DNA of 64,000 nt, from NCBI GenBank assembly GCA_017447775.1, contig JAFSMU010000010.1, forward strand, positions 12,008-76,007. The letters are read 5' to 3'. Source of the stretch: Clostridia bacterium. GTDB taxonomy: Bacteria; Bacillota; Clostridia; Oscillospirales; CAG-272. The notes under the pieces were generated by a model. It was not told the origin of the DNA. It saw only the letters and a list, made by a program, of their open reading frames with translations, and ran no database searches. Made by a program: the position numbers and the translations under genes. Shown in pieces: positions 43,701 through 53,459 of the stretch (position 1 is the first letter of the stretch; the number at the start of each line of letters is the position of its first letter).

Positions 43701-43800
43701 TCTGCTTGAAAGAGAAGAGTACTCGCTTGGCGTCGAGCGCAACAGCGTTTCTCTTGATGTAAAACCGTTTGAGATAGTAACGCTCAAAGTCAAAATTTAA
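40786..43800 (+). CDS. GH38 alpha-mannosidase (cytoplasmic)
   Basis: About 1000-aa ORF. GH38 N-terminal catalytic motifs GHTHIDVAWMW and WLPDAFGY, followed by the central and C-terminal beta-sandwich region. No signal peptide. Confidence 0.88.
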   Translation: MNFIYERIGKMLSVIKERMFGKAIKISGLEFSECGYKTTNLPPRGLRWTPVPDNFSVGGDGAEHHMWVKGKIIIPDEMMGKSVAVINSSNEDRSWGRTPQYLVYIDGKAVGAFDRNHLSIDIDSNVKEHDFTVYVYAEENAHIYDMSFSIREVYDDVRRLYFDIDVPYEILGYSDPDTRSYCLVRDAVNEALNVVDFSSCGEEFFKSARDASAYLEENLYQKYKNEETSCVCIGHTHIDVAWMWTFAQTREKVQRSFSTVVSLMKKYPEYKFMSSQAQLYKFLKEDAPDVYEEVKTLIKEGRWEVEGAMWVEADCNIPSGESLVRQVMYGKKFFMDEFGVDCRVLWLPDAFGYSAALPQILKKSGVDYFVTSKIGWNETNRMPYDFFNWRGIDGTGIHSYFLTAQTKKRGQKPETISTYNANLCPSHVAGAYDRFQQKELSDEVIITYGYGDGGGGPTEEMIERGRRLEGGLPGCPAVKFDFAGKFLTDLDEKTKSKKIPEWRGELYLEMHRGTYTSQAKNKKNNRKSEFIYRNAELYSVMGEVLCKIPYPAKTLSEGWEKILLCQFHDVVPGSSIHPVYEDTDKIYSKLMGEGKAVVKGVLDVISKNVKTYGGLLVFNPNPFEVSAQIMAEGEWRYVEKIPSLGWAVVAPAEKAVPYVSPKKIENDLLVVEFDDDMNICRIYDKEAGREVLKSGEVANKLEAYEDFPRFYDAWEITNYYKEKKYDVNNVISCEKYECGEKAGVVVTRKFKNSVIRQIITLDGHTKNIGFETDIDWHEEHILLKSAFPFDLNTSSATYEIQYGYVQRNTHENTSWDAAKFEVCGHKYADISENGYGVSLINDCKYGYSADGSTLSLTLLKCATYPDPDADKGVHHFTYTLAPHNGSFSAAKTVENAYILNNPLECVPMSRQDGALSDKFSFAKIDGEGVVIDTVKKAEDGSGIIVRLYEATNSRGKHTLTFGTAISEVYVCDLLEREEYSLGVERNSVSLDVKPFEIVTLKVKI

Positions 43801-43857
43801 TAATGAATGATCTGCGGGCGGTCCTTGTACCGCCCACAGAATTTTACAGGAGATATT

Positions 43858-45054
43858 ATGATACCCGTAAATGAAAAAATGCTGGGACTCGGCGAAAAAA
43901 GCTCGGCTATTCGTGAGATATTCGAGTACGGCAACAAAAGACGTGCGGAAATAGGCGCTGAAAACGTTTTTGATTTCAGCCTCGGCAACCCGAGCGTTCC
44001 GGCGCCGATGTGCGTGAACGAAACGCTTGTAAAACTGCTTGAAAAGGAGCCGGACAGCGTTCACGCGTATACGTCAGGCCCGGGAGACCGAAATGTTCGC
44101 GCGTCTGTCGCAGAGTATCTCAATAAAACTTTCGGCAGCGAGATGACGTATGAAAACATATATATGACGTGCGGCGCCGCCGCATCTCTTACGTCGACGC
44201 TGAACGCCGTTATAAACGGCGGCGATGAGGTCATCGTTTTTGCGCCTTTTTTTCCGGAGTACCGCGTGTTTATCGAAAAGGCGGGCGGGGAGCTTGTTGC
44301 TGTCAAGTGCCGCGAGGACGACCTTACTATCGACGCACGCCGCTTTGAAGAGAGCGTCACCGAGAAAACGAAGGCTGTCATAATTAATTCTCCGAACAAC
44401 CCGACGGGCGTCGTTATTTCCGAAAAACAGCTTCGCGATATTTCAGGCGTCCTTAAAAGAAAATCAGCGGAATACGGGCATATCATTTATCTTATTTCGG
44501 ACGAACCGTACCGCGAGCTTGTATATGGCGGAGTAAAAGTCCCGTTTGTGCCCGATTTTTACGGGGAAACGATCATTTGCTACTCTTTTTCAAAATCGCT
44601 TTCGCTCCCCGGCGAAAGAATAGGGTATATCGCCGTTTGCGAGAAGGCGACTGAGTGGAAAAGGCTTTTTTCGGCGGTCTGCGGAGCTGCGCGCTCGCTC
44701 GGATTTGTCTGCGCGCCGAGCATATTCCAAAAGATCGTGCCGGAGTGCCTCGGCAAAACTTCCGACATTTCGGTTTATGAAAAAAACAGAAATACACTTG
44801 TTGGCGCGCTTACCGAATACGGATATAAATTGGCAAGCCCCGACGGCGCGTTTTACCTTTTTTTAAAATCGCCGGATATAAGCGCCGCCGCTTTTTGCGA
44901 GCGTGCAAAAAAATACGAGATTTTACTCGTTCCAAGCGACAGCTTCGGCTTTGATGGATACGTCAGAATTGCGTATTGCGTAAATCCCGGTATGATAGAT
45001 CGCGCTTTGCCGGGCTTTCGAGCGCTTGCCGAGGAATACAAAATCAAAAAATAA
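43858..45054 (+). CDS. class I/II PLP-dependent aminotransferase
   Basis: SFSKSLSLPGERIGY carries the PLP-lysine motif, along with INSPNNPTG. Start ATG 43858 lies behind caggaga. Confidence 0.85.
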   Translation: MIPVNEKMLGLGEKSSAIREIFEYGNKRRAEIGAENVFDFSLGNPSVPAPMCVNETLVKLLEKEPDSVHAYTSGPGDRNVRASVAEYLNKTFGSEMTYENIYMTCGAAASLTSTLNAVINGGDEVIVFAPFFPEYRVFIEKAGGELVAVKCREDDLTIDARRFEESVTEKTKAVIINSPNNPTGVVISEKQLRDISGVLKRKSAEYGHIIYLISDEPYRELVYGGVKVPFVPDFYGETIICYSFSKSLSLPGERIGYIAVCEKATEWKRLFSAVCGAARSLGFVCAPSIFQKIVPECLGKTSDISVYEKNRNTLVGALTEYGYKLASPDGAFYLFLKSPDISAAAFCERAKKYEILLVPSDSFGFDGYVRIAYCVNPGMIDRALPGFRALAEEYKIKK

Positions 45055-45069
45055 ATGCAGGAGGATATT

Positions 45070-45801
45070 ATGGCGTTCGTTACTCTTAAATTTTTCAGCG
45101 AATCTCTCGGTATGCAGTCGGAAATCTACGTAATAATCCCGCAAAAAAAGCGTGAGGACGGCGAAAAATTCAAATGTCTTTATCTTCTTCACGGTCTCAG
45201 CGACGACCATACGATATGGATGCGCCGCACGTCGATCGAGCGATATGCCGAAAAGTACGGGATATGTGTCGTCATGCCCAATGCACACAGAAGCTTTTAC
45301 ACAAATATAAAAAACGGACTTCCTTATTATACTTATGTTGCAAAAGAGCTGCCCGAATTGATATGCTCTATGTTCAACGTGTCTGATAAAAGGGAAGATA
45401 ATTTCGTTGCGGGGTTATCTATGGGCGGTTACGGTGCGCTTAAAATCGCGCTGCGCGAGTGCGACCGCTTCTGCGCCTGCGGCGCTCTTTCCGCGGCAAC
45501 CGATATAGTTCGCAGAAAGGGAAAGGAAACTTACACGTTTGTTTTTGGTGAAAATGACGAGGTATCTGAAAACGACGATCTGTTTATTCTTGCAAAATCA
45601 AAAAAGGACTGCGAAAACAAGCCGCGAATTTATATGTGCGTCGGCACAGAGGACTTTTTGTACGACGAAAATCAGCGTTTCAAAGAGCATTTGTTATCTC
45701 TCGGCTATGACCTGACATATCGCGAATCGCACGGTTCGCACAACTGGGAATTCTGGGATGAGTACATAAAATACGTCCTCGATTGGATGTTTTGCACATA
45801 A
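45070..45801 (+). CDS. esterase-family alpha/beta hydrolase (esterase D / S-formylglutathione hydrolase-like)
   Basis: Nucleophile elbow GLSMGGYGAL, LHGLSDDH near the N-terminus and a C-terminal HNW motif. Start ATG 45070 lies behind aggagga. Confidence 0.8.
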   Translation: MAFVTLKFFSESLGMQSEIYVIIPQKKREDGEKFKCLYLLHGLSDDHTIWMRRTSIERYAEKYGICVVMPNAHRSFYTNIKNGLPYYTYVAKELPELICSMFNVSDKREDNFVAGLSMGGYGALKIALRECDRFCACGALSAATDIVRRKGKETYTFVFGENDEVSENDDLFILAKSKKDCENKPRIYMCVGTEDFLYDENQRFKEHLLSLGYDLTYRESHGSHNWEFWDEYIKYVLDWMFCT

Positions 45802-45926
45802 GCCAGGCTGTTTTTGTGCATTTTATATATTTGTATAGGTACAATAGCCATCTTGATTTCACTTTTTATGTGCATATTGACGACGAAATGTGCAAAAATT
45901 GAAAAAAATATCGTTTTTTTGTCATA

Positions 45927-45955
45927 TTGCAATTTCGGTCGAACCGTTATATAAT
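45927..45955 (+). promoter_or_regulatory. near-consensus sigma-A promoter of xpt
   Basis: TTGCAA-17 nt-TATAAT. This leaves only a leader of about 45 nt. Confidence 0.55.
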
Positions 45956-46007
45956 TTTATTGTAGAAAATATTTGTTTTCCGTTTCATCGGGGAAAGGAC
46001 GGCGCGT

Positions 46008-46583
46008 ATGAAACTTCTCGAACAGAGAATAATTTCCGACGGGAAAGTTCTGCCCGGCGACGTTCTCAAAGTAAACAGTTTTCTCAATCATCAGATCGAC
46101 GTAAAATTTGTATCACAACTCGGACATGAATTTCATAGGCTATTTGCGGATTGCGGCGTAAACAAAATTCTCACCATAGAATCATCGGGTGTGGGGATCG
46201 CTTGTCTTACGGCGCAATTTTTTGATGTTCCCGTCGTTTTTGCCAAAAAAGCGAAAACGTCAAACATTTCAAGCGACGTCTATTCCGCTTCCGCTCATTC
46301 GTATACGCACGGCAACGAATATGAGGCGGTCGTTTCAAAAGATTTTCTCCTTCCGAGCGATAAGGTGCTTATTATCGACGATTTTCTCGCCAACGGCGCG
46401 GCGCTTGAAGCACTTGTTTCGATATGCGAGCAGGCGGGAGCTGAGATCGCGGGATGCGGTATCGTCATCGAAAAACAATATCAGGGCGGGGGAGATAAGC
46501 TCCGCGCTCGCGGTATCCGCGTGGAATCTCTTGCAAAAATTCGCTCAATGAGCGATGACGGCAAAATAGAATTCTGCGAATAA
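46008..46583 (+). CDS. xpt: xanthine phosphoribosyltransferase
   Basis: MKLLEQRIISDGKVLPGDVLKVNSFLNHQID... and the PRPP loop VLIIDDFLANG. Confidence 0.92.
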   Translation: MKLLEQRIISDGKVLPGDVLKVNSFLNHQIDVKFVSQLGHEFHRLFADCGVNKILTIESSGVGIACLTAQFFDVPVVFAKKAKTSNISSDVYSASAHSYTHGNEYEAVVSKDFLLPSDKVLIIDDFLANGAALEALVSICEQAGAEIAGCGIVIEKQYQGGGDKLRARGIRVESLAKIRSMSDDGKIEFCE

Positions 46584-46643
46584 TAACGGTTAGCTGGAAC
46601 TTTGTTCCTTTTAATAAAAAATATAAAATATCGGAGGCAAAAA

Positions 46644-47864
46644 ATGAAGAAAATCCTTTCAATTATCCTCGCCGTCGCAATGCTTGCGGCAGTAGCTCTT
46701 ATTGTGGCATCTTGCGGCAAAACAAGCACTGTTGATAAGAAATCGATAAAGATCGGCCTTATCACGCTTCACGACGAATCGTCCACATACGACAAAAACT
46801 TCATCGACGCTATGTACCGCGCGCTCGAGGACCTCGGTCTTTCCAAGGACCAGCTCGTACTCTACACAGGCGTTGACGAGTCCAGCGCTTGCTACGACAA
46901 AGCGAAAGCTTGCGTAAATCAGGGATGCAACGTTGTATTTGCCGATTCTTTCGGTCATGAAGACTTTATGATCCAGGCTGCTCAGGAATTCCCGAATGTC
47001 GTATTTGCTCACGCAACAGGCACAAAGGCTCATACAGCTAACCTTTCCAACTTCTCAAACGCATTTGCGGCTATCTACGAAGGCAGATACCTTGCAGGTA
47101 TTGCAGCAGGTCTTAAACTCAATGAAATGATCGAGTCCGGCAAGATCACAGCCGAACAGGCAGTTATGGGTTACGTTGGCGCATACACATACGCTGAGGT
47201 TATGTCCGGTTACACATCGTTCTATCTCGGTGCAAAATCCGTTTGCCCGTCCGTTACAATGAAGGTTAAATTCACAGGTTCTTGGTACGACACAGATAAA
47301 GAGTACACGGCAGCGAAGTCCCTCATTTCCGACGGTTGCGTACTTCTTTCTCAGCACGCTGACTCTTACGGTGCGCCCAATGCTTGCGAAGAAGCAGGTG
47401 TTCCCAACGTTTCCTACAACGGCAGCACGGAAGCTCAGGGCCCGAATACATACATTGTTGCTTCCAAGATCGACTGGGCTCCTTACTATGAGCATATGAT
47501 CAACTGCGTTCTTGAAGGCAAACAGCTTGAAAAAGACTGGACAGGCACAATAGCTACAGGTTCCGTTAAACTTGAAGCTGTCAACACAAAGGTTGCGGCA
47601 AAGGGAACACAGGAAGCGATCGACAATGCACTTGCAGGCTTCAAAGCAGGCACACTCCACGTTTTCGATACAAATAAGGATAACTTCATTACCGTCGGCG
47701 GCGAAAAGCTCACGTCGTACAAGGCAGACGTTGACTTTGATACGGAATATCAAAAAGACACAGAGGTCGTATCCGGCGGATACTTCCATGAGTCCGAATA
47801 CCGTTCAGCTCCGTACTTTGACGTTGAGATCGACGGCATCACACTTCTTGACCGCGCATACTGA
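46644..47864 (+). CDS. BMP-family (PnrA/Med-like) ABC substrate-binding lipoprotein, probable nucleoside binder
   Basis: Signal peptide with lipobox IVASC, and a BMP-family core. Start ATG 46644 lies behind ggagg. Confidence 0.85.
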   Translation: MKKILSIILAVAMLAAVALIVASCGKTSTVDKKSIKIGLITLHDESSTYDKNFIDAMYRALEDLGLSKDQLVLYTGVDESSACYDKAKACVNQGCNVVFADSFGHEDFMIQAAQEFPNVVFAHATGTKAHTANLSNFSNAFAAIYEGRYLAGIAAGLKLNEMIESGKITAEQAVMGYVGAYTYAEVMSGYTSFYLGAKSVCPSVTMKVKFTGSWYDTDKEYTAAKSLISDGCVLLSQHADSYGAPNACEEAGVPNVSYNGSTEAQGPNTYIVASKIDWAPYYEHMINCVLEGKQLEKDWTGTIATGSVKLEAVNTKVAAKGTQEAIDNALAGFKAGTLHVFDTNKDNFITVGGEKLTSYKADVDFDTEYQKDTEVVSGGYFHESEYRSAPYFDVEIDGITLLDRAY

Positions 47865-47880
47865 TATTTGTAAAAATACA

Positions 47881-47921
47881 GGCAAAGCGGAGATTTTCTC
47901 CGCTTTGCCGCGTTTTGTTTT
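47881..47921 (+). terminator. terminator-like hairpin between the binding-protein and ATPase genes (partial attenuator)
   Basis: ggcaaagcggag-atttt-ctccgctttgcc is a 12-bp perfect stem followed by gcgttttgtttt. Confidence 0.55.
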
Positions 47922-47947
47922 CTATTCTACGATACCGGGAGGCAACG

Positions 47948-49564
47948 ATGAGCAAAGAGATCGCTCTTGAACTCAAAAATATAACAAAAAGTTTCGGAAG
48001 AGTTGTTGCGAACAGAAACGTAAATCTTACGGTTTACAAAAACGAAATTTTGTCGCTGCTCGGAGAAAACGGCTCCGGCAAGACCACGCTTATGAATATG
48101 ATCTCGGGAATTTATTTTCCCGACGAAGGCGAAATTTTTGTCGACGGCAAGCCCGCCGTTATTTCCTCGCCGAAAGACGCATTCGGCTACGGTATAGGTA
48201 TGATCCATCAGCATTTCAAGCTCGTGGATACGTTTACTGCCGCCCAAAATATAATTCTGGGCATTAAAAATGAAAAGTATAACATTAAACTTGTAAATTC
48301 CCGTGTCCGCGAGATCGCGGAGAAATACGGTTTCGATATAGATCCCAAAAAGAAAATACACGAAATGTCCGTTTCCGAAAAGCAGACTGTTGAAATTATC
48401 AAAGTGCTTTACAGAGGCGCGAACATTCTCATTCTTGACGAGCCGACGGCCGTTCTTACGCCGCAGGAGATAGAAAAGCTCTTTGCCATACTCCGCAAGA
48501 TGCGCGACGACGGCAAGTCGATCATTATCATCACGCATAAGCTCAACGAGGTTATGGAGATATCAGACAGGGTATCTATTCTTCGCAAGGGCGAGTACAT
48601 CGGCACTGTAAACACTTGTGAAACAACGGAAAAACAGCTTACCGAAATGATGGTCGGCAAGCAGATAGAACTTAAAATCGATCGCGTTAAGGTTGAAAGC
48701 ACAAAGCCGCTTCTTGAAATAAGAGATCTTGTTATCCGCTCCGACGACGGAAGCAAGGCGATAAAAAACGTCAGCTTCTACATCCGCGGCGGGGAGATAC
48801 TCGGCGTTGCCGGAATTACGGGGTGCGGTCAGAAAGAGCTTTGCGAAGCTATCGCGGGACTGAGGAAAGTAGAAAGCGGCTTTATTATGCATAAAGGCGA
48901 GTCGATCGTCGGCATGCCGCCAAAGCTTATCATCGAAAAGGGAATATCGATGAGTTTTATCCCCGAGGACCGTCTTGGAATGGGACTTGCGCCGTCATTC
49001 TCGATAACAGACAATATGATGCTGAAAACTTACGGCGAAGGCAAAACGCCGTTTGTAAACAGACAGGCGGCAAGAGAAAAAGCTCAGGCGCTTATTGAAA
49101 AGCTTGAAATAGCAACGCCGTCGACCGAAACGCCGGTCAGACGTCTTTCCGGCGGCAACGTTCAAAAAGTGCTTGTCGGACGTGAGATCGACGCAAACCC
49201 AAACGTAATCGTAACGGCTTATCCCGTTCGCGGACTTGATATCAACTCCGCATACGCGATCTACGATATACTGAACGAGCAAAAATCGAAGGGCGTCGGC
49301 ATACTTTTCGTCGGAGAAGACCTTGACGTTATGCTCGCTCTGTGCGACAAAATACTCGTGCTTTGCCACGGCGAAGTTATGGGCATAGTTCACGCCGCAA
49401 AGGTGACAAAAGACCAGCTCGGCCTTATGATGACGGGCGCCGTCAACCTTACGGAACTTCAAAAAGAAAAGAATTTCGGTATAGCGAAAGACTCCAACCT
49501 TACGGAAACCGAGTGGCTTAACGCAGCAAACGAACAGAATGGAGGAGCGGAAAATGAAAACTGA
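47948..49564 (+). CDS. ABC transporter ATP-binding protein with duplicated ATPase domains
   Basis: Walker A GENGSGKTT, signature sequences MSVSEKQ and LSGGNVQK, and Walker B ILILDEP in the first domain. Confidence 0.92.
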   Translation: MSKEIALELKNITKSFGRVVANRNVNLTVYKNEILSLLGENGSGKTTLMNMISGIYFPDEGEIFVDGKPAVISSPKDAFGYGIGMIHQHFKLVDTFTAAQNIILGIKNEKYNIKLVNSRVREIAEKYGFDIDPKKKIHEMSVSEKQTVEIIKVLYRGANILILDEPTAVLTPQEIEKLFAILRKMRDDGKSIIIITHKLNEVMEISDRVSILRKGEYIGTVNTCETTEKQLTEMMVGKQIELKIDRVKVESTKPLLEIRDLVIRSDDGSKAIKNVSFYIRGGEILGVAGITGCGQKELCEAIAGLRKVESGFIMHKGESIVGMPPKLIIEKGISMSFIPEDRLGMGLAPSFSITDNMMLKTYGEGKTPFVNRQAAREKAQALIEKLEIATPSTETPVRRLSGGNVQKVLVGREIDANPNVIVTAYPVRGLDINSAYAIYDILNEQKSKGVGILFVGEDLDVMLALCDKILVLCHGEVMGIVHAAKVTKDQLGLMMTGAVNLTELQKEKNFGIAKDSNLTETEWLNAANEQNGGAENEN

Positions 49565-50699
49565 AAAAGTTAAAAACGATCCTTTGTTCCATGTTTCCAA
49601 GAATGACAATCTGCCACGCTGGAAGGCTATGCTCATCAGGGCAGGTGCAGTCCTCGTGGCACTGGTCATTTGCGGTATAATGAGTGTGATACTCATAAAA
49701 GAAAACCCGTTCAAAATTTACGGAACGATGATAACCGGTGCATTCATCGATATCTGGACGCTTCTCAAAGATATCGCCGTGCTTTTGATGTTCGGACTTG
49801 CGGTAATTCCCGCGTTCAAGATGAAATTCTGGAATATGGGAGCAAACGGACAGGTGCTTATCGGCTGCCTTTGCGCTATCGCGTGCATGAAATTCCTCGC
49901 CGGTAAGGTTCCAAACGTCGTGCTTATAATACTTATGGTCGTCACAAGTATTGCCGCAAGCGTTATATGGGCGGTAATTCCGGCGATTTTCAAGGCATTT
50001 TTCGGCACGAATGAGACTCTGTTTACGCTGATGATGAACTATATTGCGATAGGTATCGTTGCGTATTTCTCGTTTTCGTGGAGTGACGGCTCCGGCACCA
50101 TCGGACTTGTAAACTACATCGGAAGCAAGAATTATATGGCGGGATGGTTCCCGAATATCGGCAATAAATATGTAATGATCATACTTATCGCGCTTCTTGT
50201 CGACGCATTTATGTTTGTGTATATGAAATATACAAAACACGGATTTGAAACGGCGCTTGTCGGCGAAAGCGTCAATACAGCCAAATACGTCGGAATAAAC
50301 GTCAAAAAGGTAATTATCAGAACGCTTATCCTTTCAGGCGTGATATGCGGCATAATGGGCGCAATGTTTGCGGGATCGCTTGAACATACTGTCAACACGT
50401 CTATATGCGGAAGCAAAGGATTTACGGCAATTCTTGTTGCGTGGCTTGCAAACTTCGATCCGCTTATGATGCTGTTCACGACATTCTTCGTTGTTTTCCT
50501 GCAAACTGGAGCCGAGAACGTAAGCACGGTATTCCAGCTCAAAAGCACGGACTACTCAAACATCGTTGTCGGAATAATTTTCTTCTGCATCATCGGATGC
50601 GAATTCTTCATAAGATATAAGATAATGCCGAGCCAGAGACTGAAAGACATTCTGAGCGGCAAAAAAACGCGCAGCGCTGAGAAAAAGGAGGAAGCGTAA
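49554..50699 (+). CDS. ABC transporter permease
   Basis: Polytopic membrane ORF. Start ATG 49554 lies behind ggaggag and overlaps the ATPase end by 11 nt. Confidence 0.88.
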   Translation: MKTEKVKNDPLFHVSKNDNLPRWKAMLIRAGAVLVALVICGIMSVILIKENPFKIYGTMITGAFIDIWTLLKDIAVLLMFGLAVIPAFKMKFWNMGANGQVLIGCLCAIACMKFLAGKVPNVVLIILMVVTSIAASVIWAVIPAIFKAFFGTNETLFTLMMNYIAIGIVAYFSFSWSDGSGTIGLVNYIGSKNYMAGWFPNIGNKYVMIILIALLVDAFMFVYMKYTKHGFETALVGESVNTAKYVGINVKKVIIRTLILSGVICGIMGAMFAGSLEHTVNTSICGSKGFTAILVAWLANFDPLMMLFTTFFVVFLQTGAENVSTVFQLKSTDYSNIVVGIIFFCIIGCEFFIRYKIMPSQRLKDILSGKKTRSAEKKEEA

Positions 50700-51652
50700 T
50701 GCTTAGTACACTTTCAACCATACTTGTCGACGCCATTAGCATGGGCACGATCTTCCTTTTCGGGTGCGTTGGCGAGATACTGACCGAAAAAGCGGGCAAC
50801 CTTAACCTCGGCATACCGGGAATTATGTGTATCGGCGCGCTGGGCGGGAGTTTTGGCGTTATGATTTACTCAAACGGCGCCGCCGATCCCACGCAGATGA
50901 GCGGATTCTGGCTTGTTGTCGTGTCTGTTCTTTTCTCGATGCTCTTTGCAGGCGCGGCCGGACTTATATACGCTTTTCTTACCGTAACGCTTAAAGCAAA
51001 TCAAAACGTTACGGGACTTGCTCTGACAACTTTCGGCGTCGGTTTTATGAAATTCTTTGCAAAGCGTATAGATATGACGAATTTTGTCGTTGCAAGCAAA
51101 TATTTCAAAAATCTGTTTCCGTTCTCCGGCAAGCTCGGATGGTTCGGGGAAATATTCCTTTCGCACGGCGTGCTTGTGTATCTTGCAATAGCTGTCGCGA
51201 TCTTTGCTTCAATTCTGCTTAACAGAACGAGAACGGGACTTCATTTGCGCGCCGTCGGCGAAAATCCCGCAACGGCAGACGCGGCAGGAATAAACATTTC
51301 AAAATATAAGTATATCTTCATCACACTCGGCAGTGCTATCGCCGGCATCGGCGGACTTTACTACGTCATGGACAAGACCAACGGAACAACGCTTGCGGAA
51401 GCGTCTATCGACTCTTTCGGTTGGCTTGCGGTGGCGCTTGTAATTGCGACTATGTGGAAACCGATATTTGCCATCCTCGGTTCGATAGTGTTCGGCGGAC
51501 TTTCCATTCTTGCAATGGACCTTACGACGCTGTCGTTCTCACAGCTTAAAATATTCGATATGTTCCCGTATATCATAACGGTTGTTGTCCTGATTTTAAC
51601 AAGCATTTTCGGGAAAAAAGAAAATCAGCCGCCGGCAAGTCTGGGACTATAG
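50699..51652 (+). CDS. ABC transporter permease
   Basis: Polytopic ORF with a TAATG overlap with the preceding permease. Confidence 0.88.
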   Translation: MLSTLSTILVDAISMGTIFLFGCVGEILTEKAGNLNLGIPGIMCIGALGGSFGVMIYSNGAADPTQMSGFWLVVVSVLFSMLFAGAAGLIYAFLTVTLKANQNVTGLALTTFGVGFMKFFAKRIDMTNFVVASKYFKNLFPFSGKLGWFGEIFLSHGVLVYLAIAVAIFASILLNRTRTGLHLRAVGENPATADAAGINISKYKYIFITLGSAIAGIGGLYYVMDKTNGTTLAEASIDSFGWLAVALVIATMWKPIFAILGSIVFGGLSILAMDLTTLSFSQLKIFDMFPYIITVVVLILTSIFGKKENQPPASLGL

Positions 51653-51687
51653 TATTTCAGAGAAGAAAGATAGTTTTTATCAAAAAC

Positions 51688-51715
51688 AGCGAGGTATTTT
51701 CATATACCTCGCTTT
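51688..51715 (+). terminator. stem-loop after the ABC operon
   Basis: agcgaggtat-tttcat-atacctcgct is a 10-bp perfect stem with only a short tt tract after it. Confidence 0.4.
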
Positions 51716-51748
51716 GGCATATAATCAAATAAAAATACGGAGGCAGGA

Positions 51749-53293
51749 ATGTTTGTTTATCAACTTGTATCAATCGAACTCATTGTCGGCGTCGTTTTGA
51801 TCGGCGTGCTTGCGTCGCGCGGAAAAAGCATCGCGGAAAGAGTCGTTTCGCTGATCTGCGTGCCGCTTTCGTTTATTGTCGCGTTCATCTTGGCAAAGCT
51901 TATCAACGTAAGTATGCTCGGAGGCGTTGTTGATAAGTTCATCTCAAGTATAAACGGCGGCGCCGACGTCACGGAAGAAACGTATCCGACGCTTTACGGC
52001 ATTTCAAAAGCCGCTGCCGTATCGATCGGCAAGCACATCCTTTTGACGGTGACTTTCCTTTTGCTGCTTTGCGTTTTCAGCATTATCGTTCATTTGATAT
52101 TCAAATCGCAGGAAAACCGGGAGTCATCGACAGGGAAGAACGCTGTATGCTGCGTTATCGGCGGCGTAAAATACTTTCTCGCGCTCATGCTTTCGCTTTT
52201 GCCGCTGACAATGCTTTTGAGAGTGGCAAAGCCGGTTGCCGATTACGCAAGGCAGAATCAGCCCAAGGACACATACGCCTATGAGCTTTCCGAATACATA
52301 GACGATAAGATTTTAGACCCGCTTGAAAATTCGGTTCTGGCAAAAGTCAATAAGTACAGCGGAGTCGGATTTTTGCTTGACACCGTTTCCGATTCAATAT
52401 CGACGCAAAACGTAACGCTTACCGACAAAAGCACCGCAAAAGTGAATATAAACGACTTTTTGAGGCGGCTTGTCGACGACGGGCTTCCCGTCGTATCGGC
52501 GTATGAATGTTTCAAACACCCGACGCAGCACTTGCTCGGCGACGTTAGCGACCTTCCGAGAGTAATGAAAGATATTTCATCCGACAAGGCGATGTCTTGC
52601 TTTGTGGCGGAGCTTATCGCGTCTTCAAGCGTAGGAAAAACTGACGATCCGATAGTTGACAAGTTTATTTCCGCGATCAAAAGCGGCGATCCGTCGACTT
52701 ATTCAAAAACGTTTGAAACGATGGGGAAGGTATTTGAAACGCTTATCGAAAAAGACCCAAGCGTCCTTCTTTCGTCGGAGGACGTTGTCGATCTTCTTAT
52801 AAAATCAATGAAGGACAAGGAATTTTCGGAAAAAATTTCCGAAGCGCTTGCGTCAAGCGACGTCGGCTCGGAGATTGCGTATGAGATAACGTCAAAAGCT
52901 CTTGACTCCGTTGGCGACACTATCGGCGTCGGCGGGCTGAATATCAATATGGAGCTGTTCAAGCAGCTTTTCGGCGAGGAAAACGTCGCCAAATATGCCG
53001 AAATACTGATCAAAGTTTCAGAACTTATCGACGAGCTTGGCGGCATGGGCAATATAACGCCCGATAAAGTCATTTCAAAGTTTGACAAGGTCGGCGCGCT
53101 TCTTGACGCGCTTGCCGTTTTTGAAGGCAAAGCAGACACATCGTTTGAAGCGCTAACGGCCATTGCAAAGGACGCAAGCTATGCTAAATACTTTGCGTTT
53201 ATCGGCGCCGCCGAAATTATAGCGAGGTATGAAAATAACACGTCGTCGTTTGAGCAAAGCTTTGCGATGATCAGAGATCATTTTACAAAATAA
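51749..53293 (+). CDS. hypothetical membrane protein (N-terminal TM bundle, long acidic helical C-terminal domain)
   Basis: 514-aa ORF with about 4 TM helices in the first 160 aa, then a D/S/K/E-rich soluble region. I recognise no motif. Confidence 0.6.
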   Translation: MFVYQLVSIELIVGVVLIGVLASRGKSIAERVVSLICVPLSFIVAFILAKLINVSMLGGVVDKFISSINGGADVTEETYPTLYGISKAAAVSIGKHILLTVTFLLLLCVFSIIVHLIFKSQENRESSTGKNAVCCVIGGVKYFLALMLSLLPLTMLLRVAKPVADYARQNQPKDTYAYELSEYIDDKILDPLENSVLAKVNKYSGVGFLLDTVSDSISTQNVTLTDKSTAKVNINDFLRRLVDDGLPVVSAYECFKHPTQHLLGDVSDLPRVMKDISSDKAMSCFVAELIASSSVGKTDDPIVDKFISAIKSGDPSTYSKTFETMGKVFETLIEKDPSVLLSSEDVVDLLIKSMKDKEFSEKISEALASSDVGSEIAYEITSKALDSVGDTIGVGGLNINMELFKQLFGEENVAKYAEILIKVSELIDELGGMGNITPDKVISKFDKVGALLDALAVFEGKADTSFEALTAIAKDASYAKYFAFIGAAEIIARYENNTSSFEQSFAMIRDHFTK

Positions 53294-53308
53294 CCGAGGA
53301 GGCACTGT

Positions 53309-53434
53309 ATGAAAAATAAACTTTGGGTTTTGATCGCCGTTGTGGCGCTTGTTGCTGTGGTTTCGCTTACGGTAGTTCTCTCGCTTTCTTATTTCAAAGG
53401 GCTGAGCTTTCCGTCGGCGGCAGGTCATTTTTGA
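53309..53434 (+). CDS. possible 41-aa single-pass membrane peptide
   Basis: RBS gaggagg lies 6 nt before the ATG. The peptide is MKNKLWVLIAVVALVAVVSLTVVLSLSYFKGLSFPSAAGHF. It is below the ORF-track cutoff and is followed by a terminator. Confidence 0.4.
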   Translation: MKNKLWVLIAVVALVAVVSLTVVLSLSYFKGLSFPSAAGHF

Positions 53435-53459
53435 TAAATCGAATTTTGATAAATCGAAT

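Noticed and set aside
45802-46007. Looked for a purine (guanine/xanthine) riboswitch upstream of xpt and upstream of the nucleoside ABC operon (46584-46643).
   Set aside because: With the near-consensus promoter at 45927-45955, the leader is only about 45 nt. It lacks the conserved purine-aptamer loop and junction sequences. No three-way junction can be drawn, and the 60-nt gap before the ABC operon is too short.
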